A DNA stretch of 64,000 bases from Candidatus Nitrosomirales archaeon (GCA_049199595.1 JBMCYV010000005.1:995-64994), one strand, 5' to 3'; numbered from the stretch's first letter, positions 1-9,399 are shown. The notes: a model not told the origin generated them from the sequence alone. Program-made: numbers and translations.

Positions 1-391
1 GTACGCCAGTTACCCACAAGACCTCGTTCCTGATCTTGTATCGCCCGCTAAAATACTGATAGTACATGTGTGCCAGCGCAAGGAAGACCATAGCATTTGA
101 TGCATGGTAGTGAAGATTTCTCAAGTGAAATCCGTACGGAATTACGTCGTTGATCCTTTGAACGCTGTCCCATGCCCGATCGAGTATGGGCTCGTAGTAA
201 AACATCAGCAGCGCCCCAGTTACACCCAAAATTATGAATGTGATGAAGGTCAGCATGCCCAGAAAACCCAGCGGACTTACAAACCTTGATGGAAAAGTAA
301 ACTTCAGTCCGAGGAACATTGTGCGTTCCAACCCGTCCCATAACCACTTGAAGAATTTTGTCAGACCGTTTTCACTTAGTGTTGTGGTCAT
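1..391 (-). CDS. cytochrome b (complex III, b6-like), N-terminal part; the start is in the window and the gene runs off the left edge
   Basis: Hand translation of the minus strand from ATG at 391-389 stays open to position 1 (130 codons): MTTTLSENGLTKFFKWLWDG...LGVTGALLMFYYEP...RNLHYHASNAMVFLALAHMYYQYFSGRYK. This is the cytochrome b helix A/B region with its conserved heme-ligand histidines. It starts 8 nt after the Rieske stop. It is absent from the supplied ORF track because it has no in-window stop. Confidence 0.8.
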   Translation of the reverse strand, partial: MTTTLSENGLTKFFKWLWDGLERTMFLGLKFTFPSRFVSPLGFLGMLTFITFIILGVTGALLMFYYEPILDRAWDSVQRINDVIPYGFHLRNLHYHASNAMVFLALAHMYYQYFSGRYKIRNEVLWVTGV

Positions 392-399
392 TACATCGC

Positions 400-1020
400 C
401 TACACATTGAGTCCCTTGACGAGGCGACCGTAGCCAACTATACCATTCGCATTTGCACTGAAGACCGGAGGCATGATCCATATAACGCCTTTATCGTCAA
501 CCTCAAGATCCAGTCTCGGAAGAACATTGGACGGGGGAGACTGCAACGATGCAGGGCCAGCAAAAGCCTTGCCAGTTCTTGCATCATACATGCTTCCATG
601 GCAGGGACACTCGCCTCTCTTCCTGCCCTCGTCGGGCCAGAATCGCCACAGACACCACAGATGCAAGCAGACCATGCTGTACGCCCTGAATGCAGAAACG
701 TCTTCCTTGTCGCCGCCATATTCTGGGGGCAGCCTTATGAACTGCCATCTCCTGAAGGGTTCTTCATCAAGAACTCTATCGCCAGTTGATGGATATCGTA
801 TTGCCTGCGAGGAGTTGATTGGAAATGTTTTGACGTTTGCCTGCGTTCCGTCCGGGAGTGTAACGGGTGCTCTTTGCAAATTGCCTCCTATAGGGTTGGG
901 CATGAACTTCCCCCAGTCAATAAACGGAGTGAACGTCATTACAGTTCCAGCAGCTGCCATGAGTTTTAGAAAATCACGCCTCGAGATCTTGCCACCTTTC
1001 TCAGAGGGTTGCTGGACCAT
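400..1020 (-). CDS. Rieske [2Fe-2S] protein with a Tat-type signal anchor
   Basis: The N-terminus has RRDFLKLMAAAGTV (twin-arginine plus hydrophobic anchor). Rieske box I is CLHLWC and box II is CPCHGS. It lies directly upstream of cytochrome b. Confidence 0.9.
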   Translation of the reverse strand: MVQQPSEKGGKISRRDFLKLMAAAGTVMTFTPFIDWGKFMPNPIGGNLQRAPVTLPDGTQANVKTFPINSSQAIRYPSTGDRVLDEEPFRRWQFIRLPPEYGGDKEDVSAFRAYSMVCLHLWCLWRFWPDEGRKRGECPCHGSMYDARTGKAFAGPASLQSPPSNVLPRLDLEVDDKGVIWIMPPVFSANANGIVGYGRLVKGLNV

Positions 1021-1051
1021 GATATAACATGAAAACGTGCATAATTTTAAT

Positions 1052-4000
1052 TTATAAATCTTGTTGTGGTTGCGGCTGTGGTTCTGGTTCTTGTTGTATC
1101 CTCTTTCTTCGATATTTTGTCAGCAGTACAGCTGCAGCAATTCCCGCACCGATCGCCGCGCCGATCAAAATGCCGAAGATCCACACGTTCATCAGTGAAG
1201 GACCAAAGTTTGAGGTGTTTATCGTTACAGCTTTTTCATTAACATTTCCAGCCTTGTCTTCTGCTACTAGCTCAAGTGTATATTTATCATCAAAGAGCGT
1301 TGCCGTGTCTAGAGTGTAAGATCCTGTGTTGGTTATCTCTACAGATTTTTGTCCAACGTTCAGCACTACGCTCTCAAGGTTGTCGTCGCTCACCTGGTAC
1401 TTTACGTTCACCCTCCCGGACAGTGTCGCGCCGTCTTCTGGGCTCGCAATCTCCACGCTTGGTGCAGTTCTGTCAACACTGATCGTTCTTTCGTCCTCTA
1501 CAATGTTACCCGCGCTGTCTTCTGCTCGTATAACTATTTTATGCTCGCCCTCTGGCAGCGATGAAGTATCCATCGAGAACGCATTGTTGTTCTCCACGCT
1601 GGTGCCGTTGGGGAGAGTGACGCTGATAGTTTTCAGACTGGAATCTGAGGCCTCGATCTCAAACTTCAGCTCGTCTTTTACCACGCTCTGATCTTCAGGG
1701 CTGCGTACATTCAGCTGCGGCCCAGTGTTGTCGGCAACAAACATAATGTTCCTGGACACCCTATGCCCTACAGTGTCCGACGCAGCTATGCTGAGGACAT
1801 GTATGCCTTCCCTGAGCGCCGTTGTATCTATGACCATTGTAGAGTTGTCCCGCAAGCTCACGGGTGCGGAACCGTCTACCGAATACAAAACGTCCTCAAC
1901 ATTTTCCTCCTCAAGGTTTACCGGGATGGCAACAACACCGCTGGCATATTCAGGAAATTCCACGGATATTACCGGAGGAGCCGTGTCGGGCTTCATGGTA
2001 GTGGGTTTGGCTTCGATAACTATTGGCTCACTTAAGCTCTTGCCGTGGAAGAGCGTGGTGTGTAGCATTATTGAATATATGCCGGTTGAATTTACAGGGA
2101 CGTAGATCGCGGTCGAGTTCCCGCCAGGATTCTGTGCAGGATAGAAGCCGCCTCCCTCGCTGAAGTTTGTGGTGCCGAGCCAGTCGTTGCTTGCCCACCC
2201 AAGGAATACCTTGAACACCCCGGCGGGAACCGATGATGCAATTATCTTGCCGCTAGGATCTGTTACCATCGCGTTTATGCTGGTCCAGTTGTTCTTCCAT
2301 GATATCTTGAGGCTCATTGCATTTATCGTCGGGTCTGTTACGTTAAAGTGATAAAACTTCCAGTCGCCTGCATTGTATCGCGAAAGCATGTCAAATGAAC
2401 CAGAAACCGCGGCATTGTCGTAGAGCATGTTTTCATCGGGCTTGCCAGAGACTACAAGCGGTACGTCCTTGGAAGAAACAGTTACCGGCACGGCAAACGA
2501 TACGGGTATGTTCGATGTTTGAGACTTGCTCTTCACGGTAATGAATCCCTGGTAGATTCCGGGCAGCGCATCTTCGGGTACCGTTGCCCTTGCATTGAAT
2601 ACAAGCTGGCCACCTGGGCCTACCTCGAGTTCTTTTGCATCAACGCTGACCATGTTCCACGTATTCTTCTTGTAAAAACTTGCAGTAAGCGTGTAGTTCA
2701 TCGCTGTCGAGTTTTGATTCGAACTTCCGCTCCAGTACGAGTATATTGTTGGCACAGGGTATATGCCCAGAAGGGGCGTGTTCTGGATCCTGTTCACCGG
2801 GTCGCGTATGGTAACCTCCTGAACGGTGCCCCAGACGCCTCCCCTATTCACCAAGCTAGTTTCGCTGGCCCACACCTTGCCGTCCTTGTTCTCGTCCAAC
2901 CAGTCGTACATGTATACTGAAGCTATCCTCAGCGAGTTTGCATACACAGGCTCCGTCGAGTTTAGAAAGTCCTCGAATGGAAAGTACGCCTTGATGATCA
3001 TCAGTTCCGTATCTTCAGGGATGTCAAGTTCCTTCTCGAGGTTTATGTAGTTTGGAATGTAACCGGCGTCCGTGTCGTTGAGCACCAGGTCCTTCTGCCT
3101 GACTTCTGTGGTGCCGTTTATGCTCTGCTGTTTTATTAGTTCAAGCATCGTTGGCTCGATCTCTACTGAAAGAGTCTTGTTGGACTGGTTGGCTACCATG
3201 AACCGCGCTTCTTTGGACGCACCATTGTTTATGTAACCAGCATACCACTTGCTGTCCTGCAGTTCCTTGTAGGGAAGCGTAAGGGTATAGTTTCCTAGAG
3301 CCTTGATCTTGTACTCAGCTATGGTTTTGTTCAGCAGACCTACAAAGGTTGCATACGTGTCTTTGGTATAAACAAGAAACTTTCCCGGTTTGCCTTTTAT
3401 GTAATCAATGGCATTCAGGACGTCGACCTTCCCGGCGCCCTGCGTGAACGGGTCGCTGTTCATGTCGCTCGCCGTCGACATCATTATCGATTTAACCAGA
3501 AACGGGTCGCTATCGATCTTCTCTTTCTTCAGGCCTTCCATTACTACTGCAGCTGCTGCAGATGCCAGAGGAGCAGCCATACTGGTGCCCCCAAACAATC
3601 CAAACGCCCCCGTAGAGTTTGGTGCATGTTTTGTGTTGGGAGGCATCGGCACAAACGCATACGCGCCCACACTCATCACCTCGGGCTTTACATCGCCGAA
3701 CAAGCTAGGACCCTTGCTCGAGAATTCTGCCACATCGTCATAAAAAGCAGTGCTGTTGCCAAACCTAGGCTCGTTCTTAGTAAATCCAGAGCCCACGAAG
3801 ACATTGTTTGTCGTAGCACCAACCGTAAGCACAAAAGGAGAACTGCTTGGCGATCCCAGCGTACCGTAGCCGAAGCCGGTGTTTCCTGCGCTGTTCACCA
3901 TAAGTACACCGGGGAAATCGGGATCAATGGCCCCAGGTATGCTCAACATGCTTGCAAGTACGCTCAGCACATCGTATCCTGGACCGTAATCAAGAGCAGG

Positions 4001-5593
4001 GAAGGTTGAAATGCCCCAGCTGTTGTTGTCTATGTCAGCAAGATGCTTGCCAGTGTATACCCATGTTCCATTGCTGTTCTGCTCGAATCCTGATGCCCAG
4101 AACCATCCGTATACAACATCGCCCAGCCACAGTGCCTTGACAGGAATTATCTTTGCATCTGGTGCCACTCCCCTCAACTTGTATTTTGTAGAATTCTTGT
4201 ACACATCGTACGTATCATGGCCCCTGGATGCAATGCTTGCAGAGCTTCCAGTACCGTGTCCAAGATAATCAAACATTATGCCGAAATATGTGCCGTTTAC
4301 ATCGATTGGTTTCAACAATGTTCCATTGACAGCCCCAAGATAATCATCCATTTCAGGCTTGGTACCGTTGTTCATAGCGCCCCAGATATCAAGCACATAG
4401 GCGCCCACGGTGCCTGCCGATAGATCGACGTCGCCATCATCTTTTTCGTCATAGACCAAAAACTCGTTGCCATCCCCAAGCCTGATCTGCTCTTCATCGG
4501 TAAAATCATAGTCAAACTCTACATTCGCGCTACCCTGATTCAGCTCGAACTTTGAGAAATCAGCCCAAGATGAAGACATGTCAGCTATGACTGTATCATA
4601 AACCCCCGGCTCTTTGCTATCTATCACCAAAACAGGAACTATGATCAGGCCAGCCCTGCCAAGATGTGCCTGAATCTGCAGGACAAAACCCATGTGATAC
4701 ACGCCGCTCATTGACCTGATAAAATCACTTTTGCTTTCACCAATCTTCCAGTCCTTTGTGGATGTAGCGTTGAGGATCAGTGGGGAAAGTAAAGGATAGA
4801 TGGAGTTGTAAACCTCGAACTTTGTACCATTGGCGCCCCTGTTAAGACCCAGAAATACTCCCTTGTCATTAATGTAAACGCTGCCCGTAAAATCATTATG
4901 CTCATCATTCGGTGTAGTGCTGTTCAGAAGGTTGCCATGCGGTGTTATGTTTGCAATGAATTTTGTTCTTGTCAGTACTATACCCTGACCGTCAGCGTCG
5001 AGCATTATTGGCCTTCTGTTTACGTCTCTCGCAACAGCGTGTTTCATATCACCGTTTGAAAAATCTGTACCCGTATCAACTACAGCGATCTTTATTCCGT
5101 TACCAGTCAGCCCAAAATCCTTGCCGACCTGATCAGAGCCCAGAATCTCACCAAGTCTGGAAGCGTCTCGTATCTGATCGAATTCGAGCTTGACGTCGCT
5201 GCTTACGGCAAGTCCCTGCGATCTCAACAATGGAAGTTTGTCCTGTGTTGTTGCTGCAAAGGCAATGTAACCATTCTCGGTCTTGAGGTAGTGCGACACA
5301 TGAACCTGATCCGAAATAGCGTTGATATCACCCTTGCCAGTTATCATCACCCGCACAGCATCTGGGTTGTAAGTTAAACCGTCAAGGTTTAGCAGTTCAG
5401 AGTGCAGTCTTATTGGCGTAGTTTGATCAAGCGTATCTGAACCGGTACGAATTATTTTGTCAAAGTTGTTACTACCAAGCTCATCGTATTCGTAAAGAGC
5501 AAGGACATTTGATGTGCTGAAGGATGAGCCAGCAAGAACCGCCATAAGCAAGAATGAGATTATCTTGCTACTTTTGATAAATGAAAGACGCAT
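1052..5593 (-). CDS. very large (1513 aa) secreted, membrane-anchored subtilisin-like serine protease (S8 family) with C-terminal Ig-like repeats
   Basis: Signal peptide MRLSFIKSSKIISFLLMAVLAG. Triad motifs are VAVVDTGTDF (Asp), HGTGSSASIASRG (His) and GGTSMAAPLASAAAAV (Ser). Three tandem modules of about 90 aa sit near the C-terminus. One TM helix (VWIFGILIGAAIGAGIAAAVLL) is followed by KYRRKR and an EPEPQPQPQQ tail. Confidence 0.85.
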   Translation of the reverse strand: MRLSFIKSSKIISFLLMAVLAGSSFSTSNVLALYEYDELGSNNFDKIIRTGSDTLDQTTPIRLHSELLNLDGLTYNPDAVRVMITGKGDINAISDQVHVSHYLKTENGYIAFAATTQDKLPLLRSQGLAVSSDVKLEFDQIRDASRLGEILGSDQVGKDFGLTGNGIKIAVVDTGTDFSNGDMKHAVARDVNRRPIMLDADGQGIVLTRTKFIANITPHGNLLNSTTPNDEHNDFTGSVYINDKGVFLGLNRGANGTKFEVYNSIYPLLSPLILNATSTKDWKIGESKSDFIRSMSGVYHMGFVLQIQAHLGRAGLIIVPVLVIDSKEPGVYDTVIADMSSSWADFSKFELNQGSANVEFDYDFTDEEQIRLGDGNEFLVYDEKDDGDVDLSAGTVGAYVLDIWGAMNNGTKPEMDDYLGAVNGTLLKPIDVNGTYFGIMFDYLGHGTGSSASIASRGHDTYDVYKNSTKYKLRGVAPDAKIIPVKALWLGDVVYGWFWASGFEQNSNGTWVYTGKHLADIDNNSWGISTFPALDYGPGYDVLSVLASMLSIPGAIDPDFPGVLMVNSAGNTGFGYGTLGSPSSSPFVLTVGATTNNVFVGSGFTKNEPRFGNSTAFYDDVAEFSSKGPSLFGDVKPEVMSVGAYAFVPMPPNTKHAPNSTGAFGLFGGTSMAAPLASAAAAVVMEGLKKEKIDSDPFLVKSIMMSTASDMNSDPFTQGAGKVDVLNAIDYIKGKPGKFLVYTKDTYATFVGLLNKTIAEYKIKALGNYTLTLPYKELQDSKWYAGYINNGASKEARFMVANQSNKTLSVEIEPTMLELIKQQSINGTTEVRQKDLVLNDTDAGYIPNYINLEKELDIPEDTELMIIKAYFPFEDFLNSTEPVYANSLRIASVYMYDWLDENKDGKVWASETSLVNRGGVWGTVQEVTIRDPVNRIQNTPLLGIYPVPTIYSYWSGSSNQNSTAMNYTLTASFYKKNTWNMVSVDAKELEVGPGGQLVFNARATVPEDALPGIYQGFITVKSKSQTSNIPVSFAVPVTVSSKDVPLVVSGKPDENMLYDNAAVSGSFDMLSRYNAGDWKFYHFNVTDPTINAMSLKISWKNNWTSINAMVTDPSGKIIASSVPAGVFKVFLGWASNDWLGTTNFSEGGGFYPAQNPGGNSTAIYVPVNSTGIYSIMLHTTLFHGKSLSEPIVIEAKPTTMKPDTAPPVISVEFPEYASGVVAIPVNLEEENVEDVLYSVDGSAPVSLRDNSTMVIDTTALREGIHVLSIAASDTVGHRVSRNIMFVADNTGPQLNVRSPEDQSVVKDELKFEIEASDSSLKTISVTLPNGTSVENNNAFSMDTSSLPEGEHKIVIRAEDSAGNIVEDERTISVDRTAPSVEIASPEDGATLSGRVNVKYQVSDDNLESVVLNVGQKSVEITNTGSYTLDTATLFDDKYTLELVAEDKAGNVNEKAVTINTSNFGPSLMNVWIFGILIGAAIGAGIAAAVLLTKYRRKRIQQEPEPQPQPQQDL

Positions 5594-5662
5594 GACTATA
5601 CTACGCTCTGTATCTATTTTGAATCTATCTATTTTTAATCTTATCTTTGTAAGTGAAGAAAA

Positions 5663-6382
5663 TTACATAACCCTAAAGGTGGTTTCTGCGTAGCCGTCTG
5701 CCTGCCTGACCTTCAACCTGTATGTGCCGCTGTCCGCATTGTACAAAACGTGCAATACACTGAACTTGCCCGTATAATCTGTCTCGTCGGTTATCTTTAT
5801 CTTCTGGCCGTTCGGGGCATAAATAGTCAAAAGCACATCAGTATTCGGATCCAGCACTCCCGAGATGAAGATCTTGTCGCTCTTGTTGTAGAAGATCTTG
5901 TCCGTAGTAACTACCAAACTCCTTGCGTTTGACACGTAGTTCAGTTCTGCAACATCTGGTGCCTTTTCCAGTGTTTGCCTGTAGATCGTCCTTGTGCTGT
6001 CTGTTTGAATAGTAGAGCCGAAGCGATCCTGCGCTGACCATGTTATGATCGTGTTCTTGTTGTTTGTGCCTATGAAGAATACTGCCTGATCTCTGGACTT
6101 TATCGGAGAATTGTCAGTAGTTAAAGTGATGGTTTTGGAATCGATCTGCTCGCTAACCCAGTTCTGGTTTGCCTTTACTTTGGTTATCTCTCCGTCCGAT
6201 AATGTGAGTTTCAACCCATTGATGTTCACGCTCTGCCCGTTCTTTACTAGCAGCAAGATCATGCCCTGCTTCTCCTTGGCCACGATCGTTATGCCTGTAG
6301 CGGCATATGAGGTTCCTATCCCTATCGCACTGGTTAGCAGCATTATGCCTAGAACTATGCTTACGAGTATCAGCTTCATCAT
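5663..6382 (-). CDS. secreted or membrane-anchored hypothetical protein
   Basis: 239-aa ORF with signal/anchor MMKLILVSIVLGIMLLTSAIGIGTSYA. The composition is beta-rich. Its N-terminal domain resembles that of the 53492-54472 protein. No family was recognised. Confidence 0.6.
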   Translation of the reverse strand: MMKLILVSIVLGIMLLTSAIGIGTSYAATGITIVAKEKQGMILLLVKNGQSVNINGLKLTLSDGEITKVKANQNWVSEQIDSKTITLTTDNSPIKSRDQAVFFIGTNNKNTIITWSAQDRFGSTIQTDSTRTIYRQTLEKAPDVAELNYVSNARSLVVTTDKIFYNKSDKIFISGVLDPNTDVLLTIYAPNGQKIKITDETDYTGKFSVLHVLYNADSGTYRLKVRQADGYAETTFRVM

Positions 6383-6487
6383 ATTTGCTTTGAAGAGGTA
6401 AAAGATTAAGCGCTAGGTTACTAATTGCATACAAAGATGTTAACTTGCTTTACACTGCTCAGACGGCAGCGAGACAGCTATTCAGTA

Positions 6488-6585
6488 AGGTCTAGAACGG
6501 GTTTTCCCTAATGCTTTGAAAAACGCACGCGTGTAAAAGCTACTAGAGGGGGAGTCTTTATAAAGGCTGTATACAGAAAGCAAAA
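6488..6585. repeat. copy A of a ~100-nt intergenic repeat (copy B is inverted at 62222-62325)
   Basis: By-eye alignment of 6505-6575 with the reverse complement of 62228-62300: tccctaatgc identical (10/10), core aaaaacgcacg..tgtaaaagcta.tagaggggg matching 31/38, then tct.tata.aaggct. Weaker similarity extends to ctaga..gg on one side and gaaagca on the other. Confidence 0.6.
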
Positions 6586-6688
6586 AATCAGGAGAGAATT
6601 TCGGAGATAGAAAAAGGACCATCTATATAAGAAATTGTATCAAAAATTACAGAATTAAAATTTGTACATACTAGATCTATGATGGAAC

Positions 6689-7138
6689 TTACCTGAAGAA
6701 TTCTTCCAGCGACTTCAACGTCTTTGTAGCCTCCAAGCCGACATGCTTTATGGTTGTACCAGTGTAATGACGCTCAAGTAACTTACCTCCAACTATCATA
6801 GGTAGCCCAACAGCATGCGATATCATGGTAGGTTCTGGAAACCAAAACACAGCCCAGCCTAGCTTGGTCAATTTCTTGCCAGGTGCGGAAGCATGAACTA
6901 AACTCTTCAGCGGACCCTTCAGTTTGCTGTTGTTGAGATTGGTCACATTCGCGTATAGATCTACCTTGTTCTTTAGAGAATCGACAGCAGAGTTTACCTT
7001 CTTTACATGGTCTTTACTATCCACAGCCATATCTGTTCGTGCTTGTGTATCATAATAAGATCGGCTGATCAAAGTAAGATACCAACTTGTAAAGAATGGC
7101 GATCCAGTGCAATGGATATATTTGCCAAAGCCTAACAT
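6689..7138 (-). CDS. hypothetical protein (the start is more likely the internal ATG at 7030, MAVDSKDH...)
   Basis: 149-aa ORF. The first 36 codons overlap the plus-strand zinc-ribbon ORF and look non-coding. From M37 onward the sequence is a plausible soluble or amphipathic protein. No family was recognised. Confidence 0.4.
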   Translation of the reverse strand: MLGFGKYIHCTGSPFFTSWYLTLISRSYYDTQARTDMAVDSKDHVKKVNSAVDSLKNKVDLYANVTNLNNSKLKGPLKSLVHASAPGKKLTKLGWAVFWFPEPTMISHAVGLPMIVGGKLLERHYTGTTIKHVGLEATKTLKSLEEFFR

Positions 7139-7335
7139 CTACCGTGATTATCAAGAATCTCAATGCCGATAAACCTCCTACCTGCACTGCCTGTAGAAAG
7201 GAAATTCCGTACAGAGAGAAGTACTTTACCTTGCCTAGTTCCTTCCAGAAATACTGCTTAAAGTGTGCACCCACAGAGATCCCCAAACTGATAGAGCAGC
7301 TTAACAAGGATCTACATTCACTGCAAGATACATGA
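7096..7335 (+). CDS. small zinc-ribbon-like protein
   Basis: 79-aa ORF with two CxxC pairs (CTAC...21 aa...CLKC). It ends 40 nt upstream of ogg on the same strand. Confidence 0.35.
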   Translation: MAIQCNGYICQSLTSTVIIKNLNADKPPTCTACRKEIPYREKYFTLPSSFQKYCLKCAPTEIPKLIEQLNKDLHSLQDT

Positions 7336-7375
7336 GATGCAATTTATTTAAAAACCAGTTTTGTGGTAGAAAGGT

Positions 7376-8242
7376 GTGCTAACTAACAACCTTCTGCCTC
7401 TAAATCTTGATCTTACAATCGATAGTGGACAGGTATTCCTTTGGAGCAAGATCAATGGCCACTGGTATGGTATACATGGTAGCAATGTCATAAAGGTATC
7501 ATCTAACAATCGCTCGTTGGAGTTCTCTTCCTATCCCGAGAATATCAATGGTGAACCCATATTCAGACTGGACGACAACTTGAATACGATAACCAGAAAG
7601 ATTTCCAAGGATAATGTAATCAAAGAAGCTGTCTCAACATTAAACGGATTAAGACTGATGAGGCAGGAACCTTATCAATGTCTGCTTTCGTTCATCTGCG
7701 CTACCAATACTAGCATAGCAATGATAAGAAGAATGCTTACAGCTCTTAGCGTAAGATTTGGTAGAAGAGTAGAGTATGATGGCTTGAAGTTCCACACCTT
7801 CCCGGAACCAAAGAGACTTGCAGATGCTAGCATAAACGAACTTTGCAAATGTAGTGTTGGCTTCAGAGCCAGATTCATCAAACAGGCAGCCAAGGTCATA
7901 CAATCTGGAAGAATAGATTTCGAGAATCTCAAACATGCGAAATATGAGGATGCAAAAGAAGAGCTCATGGATGTTCTAGGTATAGGACAGAAGGTATCAG
8001 ATTGTATATTGTTATTCTCCCTAGAAAAACTAGAAGCATTTCCAATCGATATATGGGTGGCGAGGGCAGTCTCTTCTTACTATAACCATTTGCTCGATGA
8101 AAGACTTGATGAAACAAAAATCACTCCTAAGACGTACAGGTTGCTGTCAGCGAGGATGCGCGAATATTTTGGCTGTTATGCAGGTTATGCACAGCAGTAC
8201 CTTTACTGTTATGCCAGAAACAAGATCAAAAAAAGATCCTAA
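7376..8242 (+). CDS. ogg: 8-oxoguanine DNA glycosylase / AP lyase (Ogg, HhH-GPD superfamily)
   Basis: GTG start. HhH-GPD region LMDVLGIGQKVSDCILLFSL followed by FPIDIWVARAV (catalytic Asp context). Size is 288 aa. Confidence 0.8.
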   Translation: MLTNNLLPLNLDLTIDSGQVFLWSKINGHWYGIHGSNVIKVSSNNRSLEFSSYPENINGEPIFRLDDNLNTITRKISKDNVIKEAVSTLNGLRLMRQEPYQCLLSFICATNTSIAMIRRMLTALSVRFGRRVEYDGLKFHTFPEPKRLADASINELCKCSVGFRARFIKQAAKVIQSGRIDFENLKHAKYEDAKEELMDVLGIGQKVSDCILLFSLEKLEAFPIDIWVARAVSSYYNHLLDERLDETKITPKTYRLLSARMREYFGCYAGYAQQYLYCYARNKIKKRS

Positions 8243-8286
8243 TTCAGCTAGAAATCCATATAACGAGTCATTAAAAACAGATTACG

Positions 8287-8361
8287 GGGCCCGTAGCTCA
8301 GTTTGGACAGAGCGCTTGCCTTCTAAGCCAGAGGTCGAGGGATCGAAGCCCTCCGGGCCCG
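8287..8361 (+). tRNA. tRNA-Arg (anticodon TCT)
   Basis: Hand-folded cloverleaf. Acceptor is GGGCCCG/CGGGCCC, D arm GCTC..GAGC. The anticodon stem CTTGC/GCCAG has one mismatch, and the loop CTTCTAA puts the anticodon at 8322-8324. T arm is GAGGG-ATCGAAG-CCCTC. An A/T-rich box (cattaaaaac) lies about 20 nt upstream. Confidence 0.9.
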
Positions 8362-8492
8362 CTAATACTGTATTCACAAGCCCCATCGATCTAACCTATC
8401 ATCTCTTTCTCTCACAAAGGGTTTAGCGTCCTTAGCAGTCCCAAATAGTTTCAATACTTCCTCAAGTTTTCTGTCTCTCAATAAACCAATCT

Positions 8493-8837
8493 CTACACAA
8501 ATTTTATAGTCAAGACTTCACCGATGACTGGCGTTCCGCTCAGCTCCACATCGAAATGAAGCCAACTTCCTTTGCGAACTTTGTCTTGAAACGTAAAGGC
8601 AAACGAATCCGTATCGAAGATCTTCTTTATTTTGGCTACCTTGAAAGCAGGAACATCTATTGGAATATTTTCCTCAAACTGATAAGCTCCCAATTTCCAT
8701 TCGGTCACATGTTCAGTGCCAGTCTTTGTATTGACTACCTTTAGCCACACTTTTAGATCTGTTTTCGATGATTGTGCATCTGCTTGTACTGCAAGTGCAA
8801 TAGGCAAGATCAAGGCACTAATGGCAATAACCATCAA
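8493..8837 (-). CDS. small secreted hypothetical protein
   Basis: 114 aa with signal peptide MMVIAISALILPIALAVQADA. No family was recognised. Confidence 0.5.
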   Translation of the reverse strand: MMVIAISALILPIALAVQADAQSSKTDLKVWLKVVNTKTGTEHVTEWKLGAYQFEENIPIDVPAFKVAKIKKIFDTDSFAFTFQDKVRKGSWLHFDVELSGTPVIGEVLTIKFV

Positions 8838-8936
8838 TAATTTTCTTAAATTTATCAGCTCCGACTACCAACTCGCAATACATGATTTAAGTGTTGACAG
8901 CGTTTTTCTGAAGATAAATTTTTATAGCCTGCGGGA

Positions 8937-9341
8937 GTGGCTTCTCCTAACTTGACCCATGAAGCTATTACTGGGCCCGCTGGTGCGTTTGAACCTTTGC
9001 TCCTTATGCTCTTATTTGGTGTAATTGCATCGGTTCCGATGCTTGTTATTGCAAAAGTAATCTCTCCTAAGCAGAGATACACTAATCCAGTAAAGTTTCT
9101 GCCAATGGAGTGCGGTCAGGTCCCGTCAGGTGAAGGCAGAACTCACTTCATGATGCAGTATTATGCTTACGTGCTCATGTTTGTAGTATTTGATGTGATG
9201 GCGATCTTTCTTTATGCATGGGGCGCCTCTGTGTTTGGTCTTGCACAAACAGCTACTTTACCGATAATTGCTTTTCTTGCAGTATTATTCGCTGCAATGG
9301 GGTATGCAATGTATCTTTCAGGGAGGAAGGACATATGGTAA
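8937..9341 (+). CDS. nuoA: NADH:quinone oxidoreductase subunit A
   Basis: GTG start. Three TM segments and the NuoA-type motif FLPMECGQVP...YYAYVLMFVVFDV. First gene of the operon. Confidence 0.85.
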   Translation: MASPNLTHEAITGPAGAFEPLLLMLLFGVIASVPMLVIAKVISPKQRYTNPVKFLPMECGQVPSGEGRTHFMMQYYAYVLMFVVFDVMAIFLYAWGASVFGLAQTATLPIIAFLAVLFAAMGYAMYLSGRKDIW

Positions 9342-9399
9342 GGTCTGGATGCTCGACAAGTTATAAATATGATTCAAGCATAAAAACAAGTGAGAACCA

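Noticed and set aside
358-1027. Plus-strand ORFs 358-789 (143 aa) and 473-1027 (184 aa).
   Set aside because: They are antisense to a clearly motif-supported Rieske gene. Their sequences are low-complexity and Ser/Leu-rich with no motifs.
8097-8426. 109-aa plus-strand ORF spanning the ogg 3' end and the tRNA-Arg locus.
   Set aside because: It overlaps a well-folded tRNA and the real ogg frame. It is a read-through artefact.
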